Below are positions 1 through 11,645 of a stretch of DNA of 64,000 nt, one piece after another. The first letter of the stretch is position 1, and every line of letters starts with the position of its first letter. The notes beneath the pieces are model-generated. The model was given only the letters and a program-made list of their open reading frames with translations, searched no databases and had not been told where the DNA came from. The translations under genes were made by a program, and so were the position numbers. This stretch comes from Glaucostegus cemiculus (taxonomy: Eukaryota), in assembly GCA_976551045.1 (NCBI GenBank), contig CDPCPM010000063.1, positions 7,192,001-7,256,000 on the forward strand. Reading direction: 5' to 3'.

Positions 1-147
1 GTTTGGGAGAGATATGCCATCCAACAAGGTCCACGTTATGTTGCCAAGGACTTTAAACTTAACATTGGGGTAGAGCAAAGAGACTGAAGGCTCCCTTCCA
101 ACTGTTACTCTTTTACCTGACAAGTCTTTCCCCTCCTCTCTCTGCAG

Positions 148-230
148 GACAAAGTTCTAGTCCTGACTGAAAGCAATTTTGAGCAGACCATAGGCACGGG
201 TGTGACCTTTGTGAAATTTTACGCCCCCTG
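148..230 (+). CDS. TXNDC5: TXNDC5 (ERp46) third-from-last coding exon, start of the last thioredoxin domain
   Basis: Pyrimidine tract then ctgcag|GAC; reads [28 protein letters not shown](split codon); donor TG|gtaagt. Joins 3995 in frame to give FYAPWCGHC. Confidence 0.95.
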
Positions 231-329
231 GTAAGTCGGTTGTTCACCTGCATTGGTTCAGTAAATGACTACAGACCAGTTCACACCAGCATGTTATTCA
301 GAGAATTCCCAGCTGTACTACTGTGCTGG

Positions 330-1090
330 AGACAACCTAGTCTTAGCCAGAAGAAAGATCTCGTTTAGGGAAGAGTGTTCTCGCCTTGATATGGTTGATG
401 ATCCTCCACTAATGATACACCTCTGTTGAGAAAAGTGTGACATTAGGATGATGTTAGGTGAAGAGTTTGCATCAGCGAAGGTGGGCATGTCTTCTGGTCT
501 TGGATACAATGCACCACTTCCTTGGAAATGTCTCCTGATTCATGATTGCTAACCCAGTTGACCTCTGCATCCCTCAAAAAAAAAAAAAAAAAAACCTGGG
601 GCCCCAAAATCAAGGTAAGGTGGCCTCCCCAACTTCTGACTCCTACTGTGGAAGGAATGCTGTCAGGAAAATCCCAAGCAAGGCTGTCCAAGGAAGTTAG
701 TTGCCATTACGTTACCTTGGGGGGGATGTTGGTGTCACTGTGTTTGAAATTCTTTAGAATGCTATGAGGCACCACCTTGTTGGGCCAAGAATGAATCTTC
801 GTCATGTGGCAAAGTACTTAGTCATTTGAAGACCCAGGTCAAACAGTATTAACCTTCTCCCTTTTCATAGATGTTCTCCGAATTATCTTTTATTCAGCTT
901 CAAGTGTGAAGGACCTTGCTAGGGATCTTGGCCTTATCAGGAGGCAGCAACACTGTCATGGTTCTTCTGGTGTCTGACCCAGCCAGGCTTCCCAGGAACT
1001 AGTTAATTGTCTTGGAGTTTGAAGTCCTGACACTGTGAATTCCCATCATACAAGGGCAAAGAATAAATCTTCATCATGTAGCCTTGCTGA
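330..1090 (-). mobile_element. Old, highly decayed L1/Tx1-clade ORF2 C-terminal fragment
   Basis: Minus-strand remnants WQLTSLDSLAW and WRIINHIK occur in the same order as WQNASS..DFAW and WKVINSVK of the element at 57120-57740. Confidence 0.4.
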
Positions 1091-1349
1091 AGTAGTCTGC
1101 TCCAGGTTGGAAACACCAGAGACTGCAGATGCTGGAATCTGGAACAACACAGTCTGTTGCAGGAACTCCTAAATATTCACCACTTGACTACCTGGTCTAC
1201 CTAGACCCTCAGTGGGATGGGCAGCCTCATAACTGAAAGTCACCTGTAGTCGGGAGCAGTGAGGAGAGAAGGAAAAGCCTGATGCATGTGTTTGGTTGTG
1301 CTGCTCAAGGTGGCACATGAATCAGGATCTTCTTATGAGACAATGACCT

Positions 1350-1550
1350 GGTTACAAACAATCTGCTGGAGGAACTCAGTGGGTTGAGCAGCATCTGTAG
1401 AGGGGAAAGAAATTGTCAATGGTTCAGGTTGAAACCGATGCAGGTGAATCCTGATGCAGGATCTCAACCTGAATCGTCAACCATTCCTTCCACAGATGCC
1501 GCTCGATATGCTGAGTTCCTCCAGCAGATCGCAGTCTCTGGTGTTTTCCA
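1350..1550. mobile_element. Palindromic Penelope-derived mini-element with degenerate hammerhead motif
   Basis: Inverted arms atctgctggaggaactcag / ctgagttcctccagcagat; ctgatgc-a-ggatctcaacct-gaatcgtc at 1451-1478. Confidence 0.7.
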
Positions 1551-1904
1551 ACCTGGATCAGACTACCTCAGCAAGGTTACATGATGAATATTTATGGCGT
1601 TGACTCGATGGGCCGAAAGGCCTGCTTCCATGCTGTACCTCTTGTAGCTCCAGCAGACTGGAGGGGCTAAGTCACCTAGACTTGGTATTAGAAATGTCAA
1701 CCACCAGTGAGCAGTGGCTCTGGGTTTGTACTCACGGAGCGAAGGCAGGATTGAATGAAGAAGCACCATACAACAGACACCTCCTCCTGGGCTAAGCTCT
1801 GACAGCTTCTGTAGAGAGGATGTCCGCACTGGGCAAGAGATTTGGGTTGCCAACAAACATTGTGTTAACTTTAGCTTTGGCTACTTAAAAACAAACTGAC
1901 GTTT

Positions 1905-2215
1905 GTGCAGTGATTAGTACAGCTGCCTCACAGCTCCAGAGACCTGTGTTCAATCCCCACCTCGGTCACTGTCTGTGTGGAGTGTGCATGTTTTCCTTGT
2001 GACCATGCAGGGCTACTGCCAGCTAAAGTCATGTTGGTTAGCTAATTGGCCGTTGTAAATTGCCCTACCGTCTAGGTGAGTGGCAGCAGAATTGGGGAGA
2101 GGGACAATTGACAGGGACGCGAGAAGATAAAATGGGGCTTGGTGTAGTTGGGGGTGAGATGGTCAGTGTGGATATGGTGGGTTGAAGGGGGTTATTTCTG
2201 TGCTGTACAACCCCA
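1905..2215 (+). mobile_element. tRNA-derived V-SINE (HE1-like) with CR1-type tail
   Basis: B-box gttcaatcc, V-domain ctgtctgtgtggagt..g, tail gggttgaagggg..tttctgtgctgta. Confidence 0.7.
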
Positions 2216-2504
2216 TATAATGTGTGCAGTTGGATCTGAAGTGTCTGGAAACTGCTGGGGCAACTGTTGGATGGCCATCCTCAGAGCAGTGTCAGCAGTT
2301 ATACTCAATGAAAGTGAACACTGTGAGGGACCCTGTGGCCTACGAGGGTTCTCGGGGTTATTGAGGTTTCGAAATAAGACCAGGAATTGGCTACACTTTC
2401 CCTTGCTCCTGCTCCGCCTTTTCATTGATTCATGGCTGATCTGACTTTGGCCTCAGCTCCACTTTCCAATCCCTGTAACCACTGATTCCTGTGTTGGTCT
2501 AAGT

Positions 2505-3365
2505 ATCAAAGTCAAAGTTGAGTTGATCGTCATATGCACAAGTACATGTATGCACAGGTGCAATGAAAAACTTACTTGCAGCAGCATCACAGGCACATAG
2601 CATAATTTAAGCAGCATTCACAAAAAAACATAAATAGTGCATAATTTATTCTTAATTTTCACAAGAAAGAACACAGAACAAAAAAATCCATTTTAATGCA
2701 AAGTGGTCATAGTGTTGCTAAATTGTAGTGATCAGTTGGTTCAAGAACTGAATGGCTGAAGGGAAGTAGCTGTTCTTGAACCTGGTGGTGTAAGACTTCA
2801 GGCTGTCAGACTTCAGGTAGCTCTGAGAAGATGGCGTGGCCCAGATGGTGAGGATCTTTGATGAAAGGTGTTGCCTTCCTGAGGCAGCGCCTCCTGTAGA
2901 TTCTACTGATGCTGGGGAGGGATGTGCCTGTGATGTATTGGGCTGAGTCCACTACTCTCTGCAGCTTCATACATTCCTGCGCATTCAAATTGCTGTACCA
3001 GGCACATGACTCAGCCAGTCAGGATACTTTCAACAATACATTTGCAGAAGTTTGTTAAGAGTTCACCAAACTTTCTTCACCTCCTAAGAAAGTAAACATG
3101 TTGACGTACCTTCCTTGTGATTGTATCTGTGTGCTGGGCCCAGGGCAGGTCATCTGATAAGTTAGCACTCAGGAATTTAAAGCTGCTGACTTTAAACCGC
3201 TGTTCCCCCAATGTAGATTGTTGTCTACAATGTAAATGCTTTTTCCCCAATGTAGACAACGTCCCTCCTTCCCCTTTCTGAAGTCAACAATTAGCTCGTT
3301 AGTGACATTTAGCGAGAGGTTGTTGTTGCAGCACCACTCACCCAGGTGTCCAGTCTCACTCCATC
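2505..3365 (-). mobile_element. Rex1/Babar-type LINE 3' fragment
   Basis: Remnants WCCNNNLSLNV, SFKFL, VYFLRR, KLQRVVDSAQYITG, FIKDPHHLGH; (ctttga)n-type tail. Confidence 0.75.
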
Positions 3366-3994
3366 TTGGCATTGACTAAGAGTCACAACCCTTTTAGATG
3401 TTCCTTCTGCTTTCTTCCTGATACAAATCTTCCTGATTCCAGACTCCCCAGAAGGGAAACATTGTCAGGTCCCCTCGAAATTTCATTGAATTTCTCAATT
3501 TCCTCCTCTGCTGTGTGAGTTTTTCTTCAAAAAAAGTTTCACACACAAGGCCGAGAGATGTGCCCGGATTTGCAGAGGTTCCTGCAAAGTTGAAAAGTCA
3601 TAGACTTCAGACACTCTCACTCTGCAGATTTTTTTTTGCCTTATTCAGAGAATTCTCTCCACCAGGTATTTCTGAACAGCACCTAGAAGAGACTTTTATC
3701 TGCTGGAGCCTTTCAGCAGGTTGAGCTGCATGTGTGAGGGGAAAAAGAATTTTCGATGTTTTGGGTTGAAACCCGCTGACTTCCGGCAGTTTGTTTGTTA
3801 CTCCAGATTCCAGCATCTGCAATCTTTTGAGTCTCTAGAGAAACTTTGATTTGAACTCTTAAGGGTCAGTGGTTGTAACCTTTTCGCATATGATTGGCAT
3901 CATAGTTAACGCAGACATTATGGGCTGAAGGCCCTGTTCTTGTGCTGTACTGTGTTCTGTATACGTTGTGTATTCAAACTCTCTCTGCTCACAG

Positions 3995-4124
3995 GTGTGG
4001 TCATTGTAAGAGTCTAGCACCAACCTGGGAGGAACTTGCCAAACAAGTGTTTCCTGGATTAAGTGATATTAAGATTGCCAAAGTGGACTGCACGGCCCAA
4101 CGCTCCCTCTGTAATCAGTATTCG
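3995..4124 (+). CDS. TXNDC5: TXNDC5 penultimate coding exon with CGHC active site
   Basis: Acceptor cacag|G; reads (W)[43 protein letters not shown]; donor TCG|gtaagt. Phase is consistent with both neighbouring exons. Confidence 0.96.
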
Positions 4125-4275
4125 GTAAGTTTAAAAGAAACATTAATTGGACATGCTTGAAAGAAGCAGATCACTTTTCCAATGTGCCATTTATTTATAT
4201 TTCAGTTTTCATTTTTTTACATTCAAAGTTGCATTGTTGTTGAAACTTGTGTTTTTGGAGATTGCAAGGTATTTA

Positions 4276-4600
4276 GGGCAGCTCAGTGGTGCAGCTAATG
4301 GGGCCACTGGCTCACAGCTCCATTGACCCCCGTTCAATCCCAATGTCTGTCACTGTCTGTGTGGAGTTTGTATATTCTCCCTGTGACTGTGTGGGTTTCC
4401 TCCAGGTGCTCTCGTTTATTTCCACATCCCAAAGGTGTGTGGGTTGATGTGTTAATTGGCGGCTGTGTGTAGGTGAGTGGTAGAATCTGGGGAGCCCTGA
4501 GGGGAATTTGGGGAGAATAAAATGGGATTGGTGTAAATGGGTGTTTGATGATCGGCACAGACTTGGTGGGCTGAAGGGCCTGTTTCTATACTGTGTGACT
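4276..4600 (+). mobile_element. V-SINE (HE1-like), near full length
   Basis: A-box-like tggtgcagctaatgg, B-box gttcaatcc, V-domain gtgtggagtttg..gggtttcctcc, CR1 tail gggctgaagggcctgtttc. Confidence 0.8.
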
Positions 4601-5249
4601 TCAAAGTTTTGTGAATATGGATGAATTTCAGATGCTAATTGTGAAATGAGTGAGATACAGGCTAGTTATCTTGCTGTGGTTGGGACGCTGTACAGTGGTA
4701 GGCAAATGGCCTGCTCCCACAGCAAGAACAGTCCATAGACAGACTGTTGTACCTTGTTTGTCAAGTCCACCAGGAGCTGGCACCAAGCAGCATATATCAG
4801 GGTCCTTTCCCATGGAGCTGACCCAGTGACCCAGTGACTGCAGGCTCATTGGATACAGATGCACCAATCAAAGCCTTAGGGTTTGATTGTCCCCATGTAG
4901 GCTTGAGCTTGGATGACCCAAGGGAGATCCTGGAGCCCTGGTGATTATTAATATCCAGTGTTCCTGGGTTTTACAAGCCGCATGTTAGCTTATTTCCGTT
5001 GCTGGGCTGGGTAAGGTGTTCCTTCTGGTATTTCTAGTTCTTAATTTATTTTTTAAAACTGCTAAACCTAATGCAACAGAACACAGAGGGTGCCAGTAAT
5101 AACTAACTTGTTCAAAGGAATGATGAGATGTATTGTGTTTCTGTCAGTTGATTACATTTTGGCAGGACTGTGGTTACCATGGTGATGTTTGCTGCATTTT
5201 GGTAGTTACCATAGTAACTACTACTGCTGCATTCTGGTTGGAAATATAT

Positions 5250-5950
5250 ATTTGCATTATATAGCATCGTTCTTTGACGCCCTGGTGTTCTGCAATGAAA
5301 TCCATGTAAATGTTTGTTTTGAAGTGTAATCATCGTTAACAACTTCACAGAGGCAGCAGTCACTTGTGCACAGCAAGATCCCACAAACAGCAGTGTGAGC
5401 TGATACGCTGATGTCAAGGGGAGGATGAATGTTGGCCTGAACACCGGGGCTTACACCCCTGACCGTCTTTGGGGGAAAGTGCCACATCACCTTTTTTAAG
5501 ATTTAAGATATCTTTGTTAGTCACATGTACATCGAAACACAGAGTGAAATGCATCTTTTGCGTAGAGTGTTCTCGGGGCAGCCTGCAAGTGTCGCCACAC
5601 TTCTGACACCATCCTAGCATGCCAACAAATTCCTAACCTGTACGTCTTTGGAATGTGGGAGGAAACCGGAGCACCGGGAGGAAACCCACGCAGACATGGG
5701 GAAAACGTACAAACTCCTTACAGGCAGCGGCGGGAATTGAACCCAGGTCACTGGCGCTGTAATAGTGTTACGCTAACCGCTACACTACCGTGCCTGCCCA
5801 CTTTACATCCACTTGAGGGAGCAGTTGGTTTGGCGTCTCACCTGAAAACCATCTATTGTCACGATGACACTCCCTTGGTACTGCACAGGGGCAGCATCAG
5901 TGATTTCTGTGCTGCAAGTCCATGCAGTGGGTCTTGTACCTGTGAACATT
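5250..5950 (-). mobile_element. DeuSINE (AmnSINE1/SacSINE1-like), interrupted by a younger SINE
   Basis: Minus-strand motif ctgctgtttgtgggatcttgctgtgcacaagt..gctgc, recurring at about 13025-13260, 27310-27680 and 31520-31735. Family name from recall. Confidence 0.6.
5497..5799 (-). mobile_element. Young V-SINE variant with Rex/Babar-like tail
   Basis: tRNA head ggcacggtagtgtagcggttagcg..gggttcaattcc, V-domain, tail gcatttcactctgtgtttcgatgtacatgtgactaacaaagatatc. CpG-rich. Sister copies at 30233-30530, 54100-54235 and 55164-55460. Confidence 0.75.
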
Positions 5951-7115
5951 GACTTGAGGCAAGTTCCTCTGTTTGGAGGAGGGTGAAGGAAAAACCAGAG
6001 GTGGGGGGGTGTATTATAATTCCAAGCTACGTGTTAATAGAATGCTTAAGAATACAAATGTCTACATTTGGGGGCAGGTGGAGGTCAGTGGTGATGGCAT
6101 GAAATTGCAGAATTCAGGTCCAGGTTGATAAATTAGGAAATAAGACAGATGGTTCTCAGCAACCCCAGAATGGACTTGATGGGCTGAATGGCCTCAATCT
6201 GTGTCATAAAGAAATATGACATTATACCAAAGATAGGACTTTGTGCAAGGCTTGAAGATTTTGTGCTTGAGTTCAGTAGGGCAGAAGTTTTAAAGGGAGT
6301 CTAAACTGTGCAACAGTAGGAGTTGGTCAACAGCATAACATTATTTCTGCTCTTTGACTAGGACCAAAGAACTAAAGATTTAACGTTGGCGTGAAAAGTA
6401 CGCCTGTTCATTAGATTAGAACTAATGTCTCTACCTTGATTGGCTACATAGCTCCATAATAAATCAGAGCATTCAAATTTGCAGTCAACTTGAGACATCT
6501 CCACTGCGGGTGGGATGAGATTTTCACCATTGTGCCTCCATGTGTAGGTAAAAGCAAAGGGCAGGATACTGGCTGGTCCATCACAGACTAAAAATTAAAA
6601 AATAAATACTACTTCAAATGCACTTCCAACACAATGTCCTGGATGTGGCAAGGGAGGGAAAATGCATGGGTTTACCCCCAATTTTTCACACAGGGTAGTA
6701 TGTATATGGATTGAGTGGCTAAAGGAAATGGTTGATGGAGGTGCACTAACACTTAAAAGACATTTGGATAAAATGCATGGATAGGAAAGGTTTAGAGGGA
6801 TACGGGTCAAACGTGGGCAGATGGGCACCTTGCTCAGCATGGATGAGCTGGGCCGAAGGGCCTGTTTCCGTCCTGTATGACTCATGCAACAGAAACTAAT
6901 CCAGGTCCCTGCACAACTTGAGAGAAAATCTGAATATTTTAAACAGGGTTTTAAAAATATATAAACACTCTATTCAGTTTGAAGGGGGGATCAAAAAAGT
7001 GCTGATATTTCACTCAAATTGTTTTTTTTCAATTTGATCCCACTTTCCACAACTTGCAGCTTTTTCTAATGTCTAAGTTTTAAAGCTTTGAATTGATTTG
7101 CAAATTTACTTGCAG

Positions 7116-7238
7116 GTTCGTGGTTATCCAACATTGCTGCTATTCCGTGGAGGTCAGAAGTTAAGTGAGCACAATGGAGCCAGGGATCTGGACACTCTTC
7201 ACAGCTTCATCCTCCAGCAAGCCAAGGATGAGCTGTAG
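7116..7238 (+). CDS. TXNDC5: TXNDC5 last coding exon ending in KDEL ER-retention signal
   Basis: Acceptor ttgcag|GTT; reads [40 protein letters not shown]. Has the thioredoxin GYPTL motif and KDEL. Adjacency to BMP6 matches known vertebrate synteny. Confidence 0.96.
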   Translation, partial: VRGYPTLLLFRGGQKLSEHNGARDLDTLHSFILQQAKDEL

Positions 7239-7424
7239 GATGCATACCTCCTGCACAGCCGCCACCTCATGTCACTAATGTACAATTGTGTCCAAACTTG
7301 TAATTGCCAGAAATGTGGTTGTATACTTTCTCCTCCGTCAAGGTTTGTACTTAAGGGTTAACAGCAACCTCCAGCATTCAGATTAGTTAAATTGGCTGTG
7401 GTTTTTAATCAGAGTGGTGCCTTC

Positions 7425-7452
7425 TGTGTGTGTGTGTGTGTGTGTATGTGTG
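7425..7452. repeat. (TG)n microsatellite in TXNDC5 3' UTR
   Basis: tgtgtg run with one interruption. Confidence 0.9.
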
Positions 7453-8157
7453 CATAGAAAGGAGAGAGTTTGCTTCCTGTGCCTGCCAGCATAACACTTC
7501 TATGTGAATGTGGTTCATACGTAGTTAACAGACAATCATCCATACCTGATTAGCAATTGCAGTACTGTGGGCATAAAACAGAATACCTCAGCGTATCTTC
7601 AGGCCACATTCACCTGCGTGAGTTATGGTAAGGAGGAATTGCCAGTCTGTGCAGTGAGTGACTTAGATTTGTAGAGCTTGATTAATTTGTGTTGCTTAAA
7701 AAGAAAATCAGATCACTTGTGAAACCAAGCAAGATTGTTTGCTGAGATTCAAGTGAACTGTTTGACCACTTTAACAATTCATTGGGGGGGGGGGGGGGCA
7801 AATTGGACAATGCAGTAGTTACCATGTAACATTTGCACCCCCTTTTAGATAAGTTATGGGTTGAACAACCCTGCAGTTTATTGAGATTAATTAACTTGAG
7901 GCATTTTTTTTAAAGTGACTGTAAAGTGTATTAGAGAAAGTGGCTAAAATAACCATGTTTCCAAAATACATTTTAAAACTACTTCCAAAGCAGCAAACGT
8001 TACAGTCTATTGCAGTGGTGGTTATGGTCAGAGACACTTCAAACATTGTGAGTTACTGGGAACACCAGACCCAAGATGTAGATCTGTTCACTATTCATAC
8101 ATGTTACTGCAAATGAGTTAGCAAATTGCACAGGAAAACCACTTAATTTTAACATCC

Positions 8158-8163
8158 TTTATT
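8158..8163 (-). terminator. BMP6: Candidate BMP6 polyadenylation signal
   Basis: TTTATT on + (AATAAA on -); first canonical hexamer I find after the BMP6 stop, about 580 nt into the UTR. Confidence 0.55.
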
Positions 8164-8254
8164 GTTAGCATGTGTGTTAGAATGAATTGTATGTTTCCAG
8201 GTGGGAGGTGGATAGCAGTAAAACTTGTGTGTGGTTGGCACTTAATTTTTGTAC

Positions 8255-8323
8255 AATAAAATCATTAAACAAAATGTGAGATGCAACATCAAAAGTTTAC
8301 ATTACTTGGCAATTTCTAATAAA
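8255..8323 (+). terminator. TXNDC5: Candidate TXNDC5 polyadenylation signals (AATAAA at 8255-8260 and 8318-8323)
   Basis: First canonical AATAAA hexamers I find downstream of the 7238 stop, in AT-rich UTR-like sequence. Confidence 0.6.
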
Positions 8324-8418
8324 AAAATGTAAATGATTGTCCAGAGTGCGTTTTATAAACATAATGTGCAGTTTCTGTCCAAACTAGGGCTGTGATAAGT
8401 GGCCTTGGAGTTTTTCAT

Positions 8419-9096
<678 letters not shown>

Positions 9097-9405
9097 GGGT
9101 GGCACAATCAGTGGAGCTGCTGTCTTGCAGAGCTAGAGATCCAGGTTCAATGCTGACTCCGGGTTTCATCTGTGTGGCGTTTCCCTGTGAATGCATAGGT
9201 CTGCTCCGATTTCCCAATACATGCCAAAGATGTATGGGTTGGCAGATTAATTGGCCATTGTAAATTGCCCCTGGAGCGTAGGTAAGTGGTAGAATGTGGA
9301 GAGAAATTAATGGGATTGTGAGGAGAATAAAAAATGAGATTAATGCAGGATTAGTGTAAATGACTAATCGGTGGTCATTGTGGGCTGTGCTATATGCATC
9401 TATGA
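9097..9405 (+). mobile_element. V-SINE
   Basis: gggtggcaca head, B-box ggttcaatgc, ttaattggccattgtaaattgccc core. Confidence 0.7.
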
Positions 9406-10019
9406 CTTGTCACTCTGTGCAAACCTGTGTCTTACAAGTGCCCAGACATTGGCCTGTATGTACTGAAGGGAGAAATCAGCACTTCAGGAAGCAAGTTTGA
9501 TTCCATTGACTTCAATAGAACTGAATCTCCAGAGGTGCATCCAGATTGTGGTAGATGCTCTTAGCAGCTGTTGAACTAGTCCATTTCTCCCAATGGGAAT
9601 TTTTTTGAACAATGGCTGTTGGTACATTATAACTGCAGAGTACCGATTAAGGAACTTGTACAAGACTAAATGACATTGCCAGGTAGTCAATTCTACCTCC
9701 TCCCTCTATGTGATAAAACACACTTGGCAGTCAATTTTTCTCACCCTTCAATGTCTAGGAATGCCAGGAGGAGTGAAGCCAGCAGTGGTAGTGGTGGTCT
9801 ACCTACATAATCATTAGGACAGCTGTTCTAATGACAGCTCTCTGTGGTACAGACTATTGTAGGGAAATTACTGGAAGTCTTGACTCAGTTTCTCAGCTGT
9901 GACTTTGCAGTTGCTATTCCTATTTTTACTTGCTTCCTATTCATTAGAAAGTTTGTTTATTTCAGTAGAGATGTGGGGAACACTCAATGTGTTGAACAGT
10001 CTAAAAATATTCTGTGTGG

Positions 10020-10480
10020 GGAACAAAAATAGAATGCAAATGCTGGAAATACCCAGCAGGTCAGGCAGCATCTGAGGAGCGAGAGAAAAAGAGAGACAGA
10101 ATTAACGTTTCAGGTCAATGACCTGTAATCAGAACTGGGAAAGAGAGAGTGGAGGAAAAATCATGGTTAAGTTGCTGAAAAGGTTTTGGAGGGGATGAAA
10201 AGGATAAAAGGAATATCTGTAATAGGCTGAGACAAGTGGGTCAGTTAGAGGGTGATTATGCTTCTTTGGATAATGTGTTGCCAATAACAAGGCTGTCAGA
10301 TGTGTCCAGCAGGTCAGGCAGGGTATATTAATAGAGGAACAACTGAGCCAAAATTACAGGTGGATAACTGGCAGCAGAAAAGGCTGGTTCTGATACAAAC
10401 AATTTAGAATTTGATTTCGAGTATGGAAGTCTACAAATGTGCCGAGATGGAATATGAAGTGTTGTTCATCAAACTTACAC
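10020..10480 (-). mobile_element. Penelope-like element 3' fragment (GIY-YIG C-terminus and pLTR with hammerhead motif)
   Basis: Minus-strand KFDEQHFIFHLGT resembles the PLE endonuclease end (KLEEQHLIFRLGT); hammerhead-like motif at 10102-10137; terminal gatgctgcctgacctgctg. Confidence 0.7.
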
Positions 10481-11645
10481 GGCTTTGTCAAGGGCAGATC
10501 TTGTCTGGCCAACCTGATTGAATTTTTTTTTTTGAAGAGGTAACAAAGTGTATCAATGAAGACAGGGCAGTAGATGAGATTTACATGGACTCTAGTAGAC
10601 AAATTGGTTAGGGCCCATGGGATCCAGGGCAAATTGGCAAACTGGACCCAAAATTGCCTTGCCAATAGGATGTAGAGGGCTGTTTTTGTGACTACATGCT
10701 ATGTAGTCATTCGTAATATACATGAATGATTTGGATGTAGATGCATGAGTCATGGTTAGTGAGTTCACAGATGACACAAAGATTGGTGGAGTTGTTGACA
10801 GTATGGAGGGCAGATTTTAGCTACAGGGTGATATTGATGTGATGGTGAAATTGGTTGAGAAATAGCAGATGGAGTTTACATCTGGTAAAGGTGAGGTGAT
10901 GTATTTTGGGCGTAGCGATGAGACTAGGACATACACCATAAATGGTAGGGTCCTAGGGAGTACTGAAGAGCAGAGGGACAACAATACTGTCTGTAAAAGT
11001 TCAGAGTATTGAAGGTGGCAGTGCTGTTAATAACATGTTTAAGAAGGCATATGGGATACTCGCCTTTATTAGTTGGGGGGCATTGAATACAAGAGCAGGG
11101 AGCTTGTGCTCCAACTTTATAAAACATTGGTCAGACCTCAGCTGGAGTACTGTGTGCAGTTCTGGTCACCACACTAGAGGAAGGATGTGATAGTGCTGGA
11201 GAGGGTGCAGAGGAGATTCCCCAGGATGGTGCCAGGGATGGAGCATTTCAGTCATGAGGAGAGGCTAGATCTGTTTTCCCTGGAGCAGAGGAAGTTAAGA
11301 GAGGACGTGATGTGTATAAAATTATGAGGGCTATAGATAGGATAGTCTGCAGGAAACTTTTCTCCATGTCAGAGCTGGATAAGGCTAGGGGCCATAGATT
11401 TAGGGTAAGAGGTAAAAGATTTAGAGGGGATCTGAGGGGGACTTTTTCATCAAGAGAGTGGTGAATACCTGGAATACACTGCCTGAGAGAGTGGTGGAAG
11501 CAGAGTCACTGTCTCATTTTAAGAAGTGTCGAAATGACCACTTAAATCGTCAAGGCGCAGAAGGCTATAGGCTGGAGGAGGGGATAAACAGAGACGGGTC
11601 TCCACTGGTTGGCATGGACATGGTGGGCCACATAGCTCTGACTTC
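10481..11645 (+). mobile_element. CR1 (HER1-like) LINE 3' fragment
   Basis: RT remnants [52 protein letters not shown]. Confidence 0.85.

Noticed and set aside
3942-4160. ORF-track ORFs 3942-4160, 12266-12469, 34384-34587 and 55975-56376 as stand-alone genes
   Set aside because: They are internal exons read through into intron; GT-AG sites define shorter coding segments.
4276-4345. tRNA genes at A-box/B-box motifs (also 5725-5799, 13268-13334, 55164-55235)
   Set aside because: They continue directly into SINE V-domains and I cannot fold a full cloverleaf; they are SINE heads.
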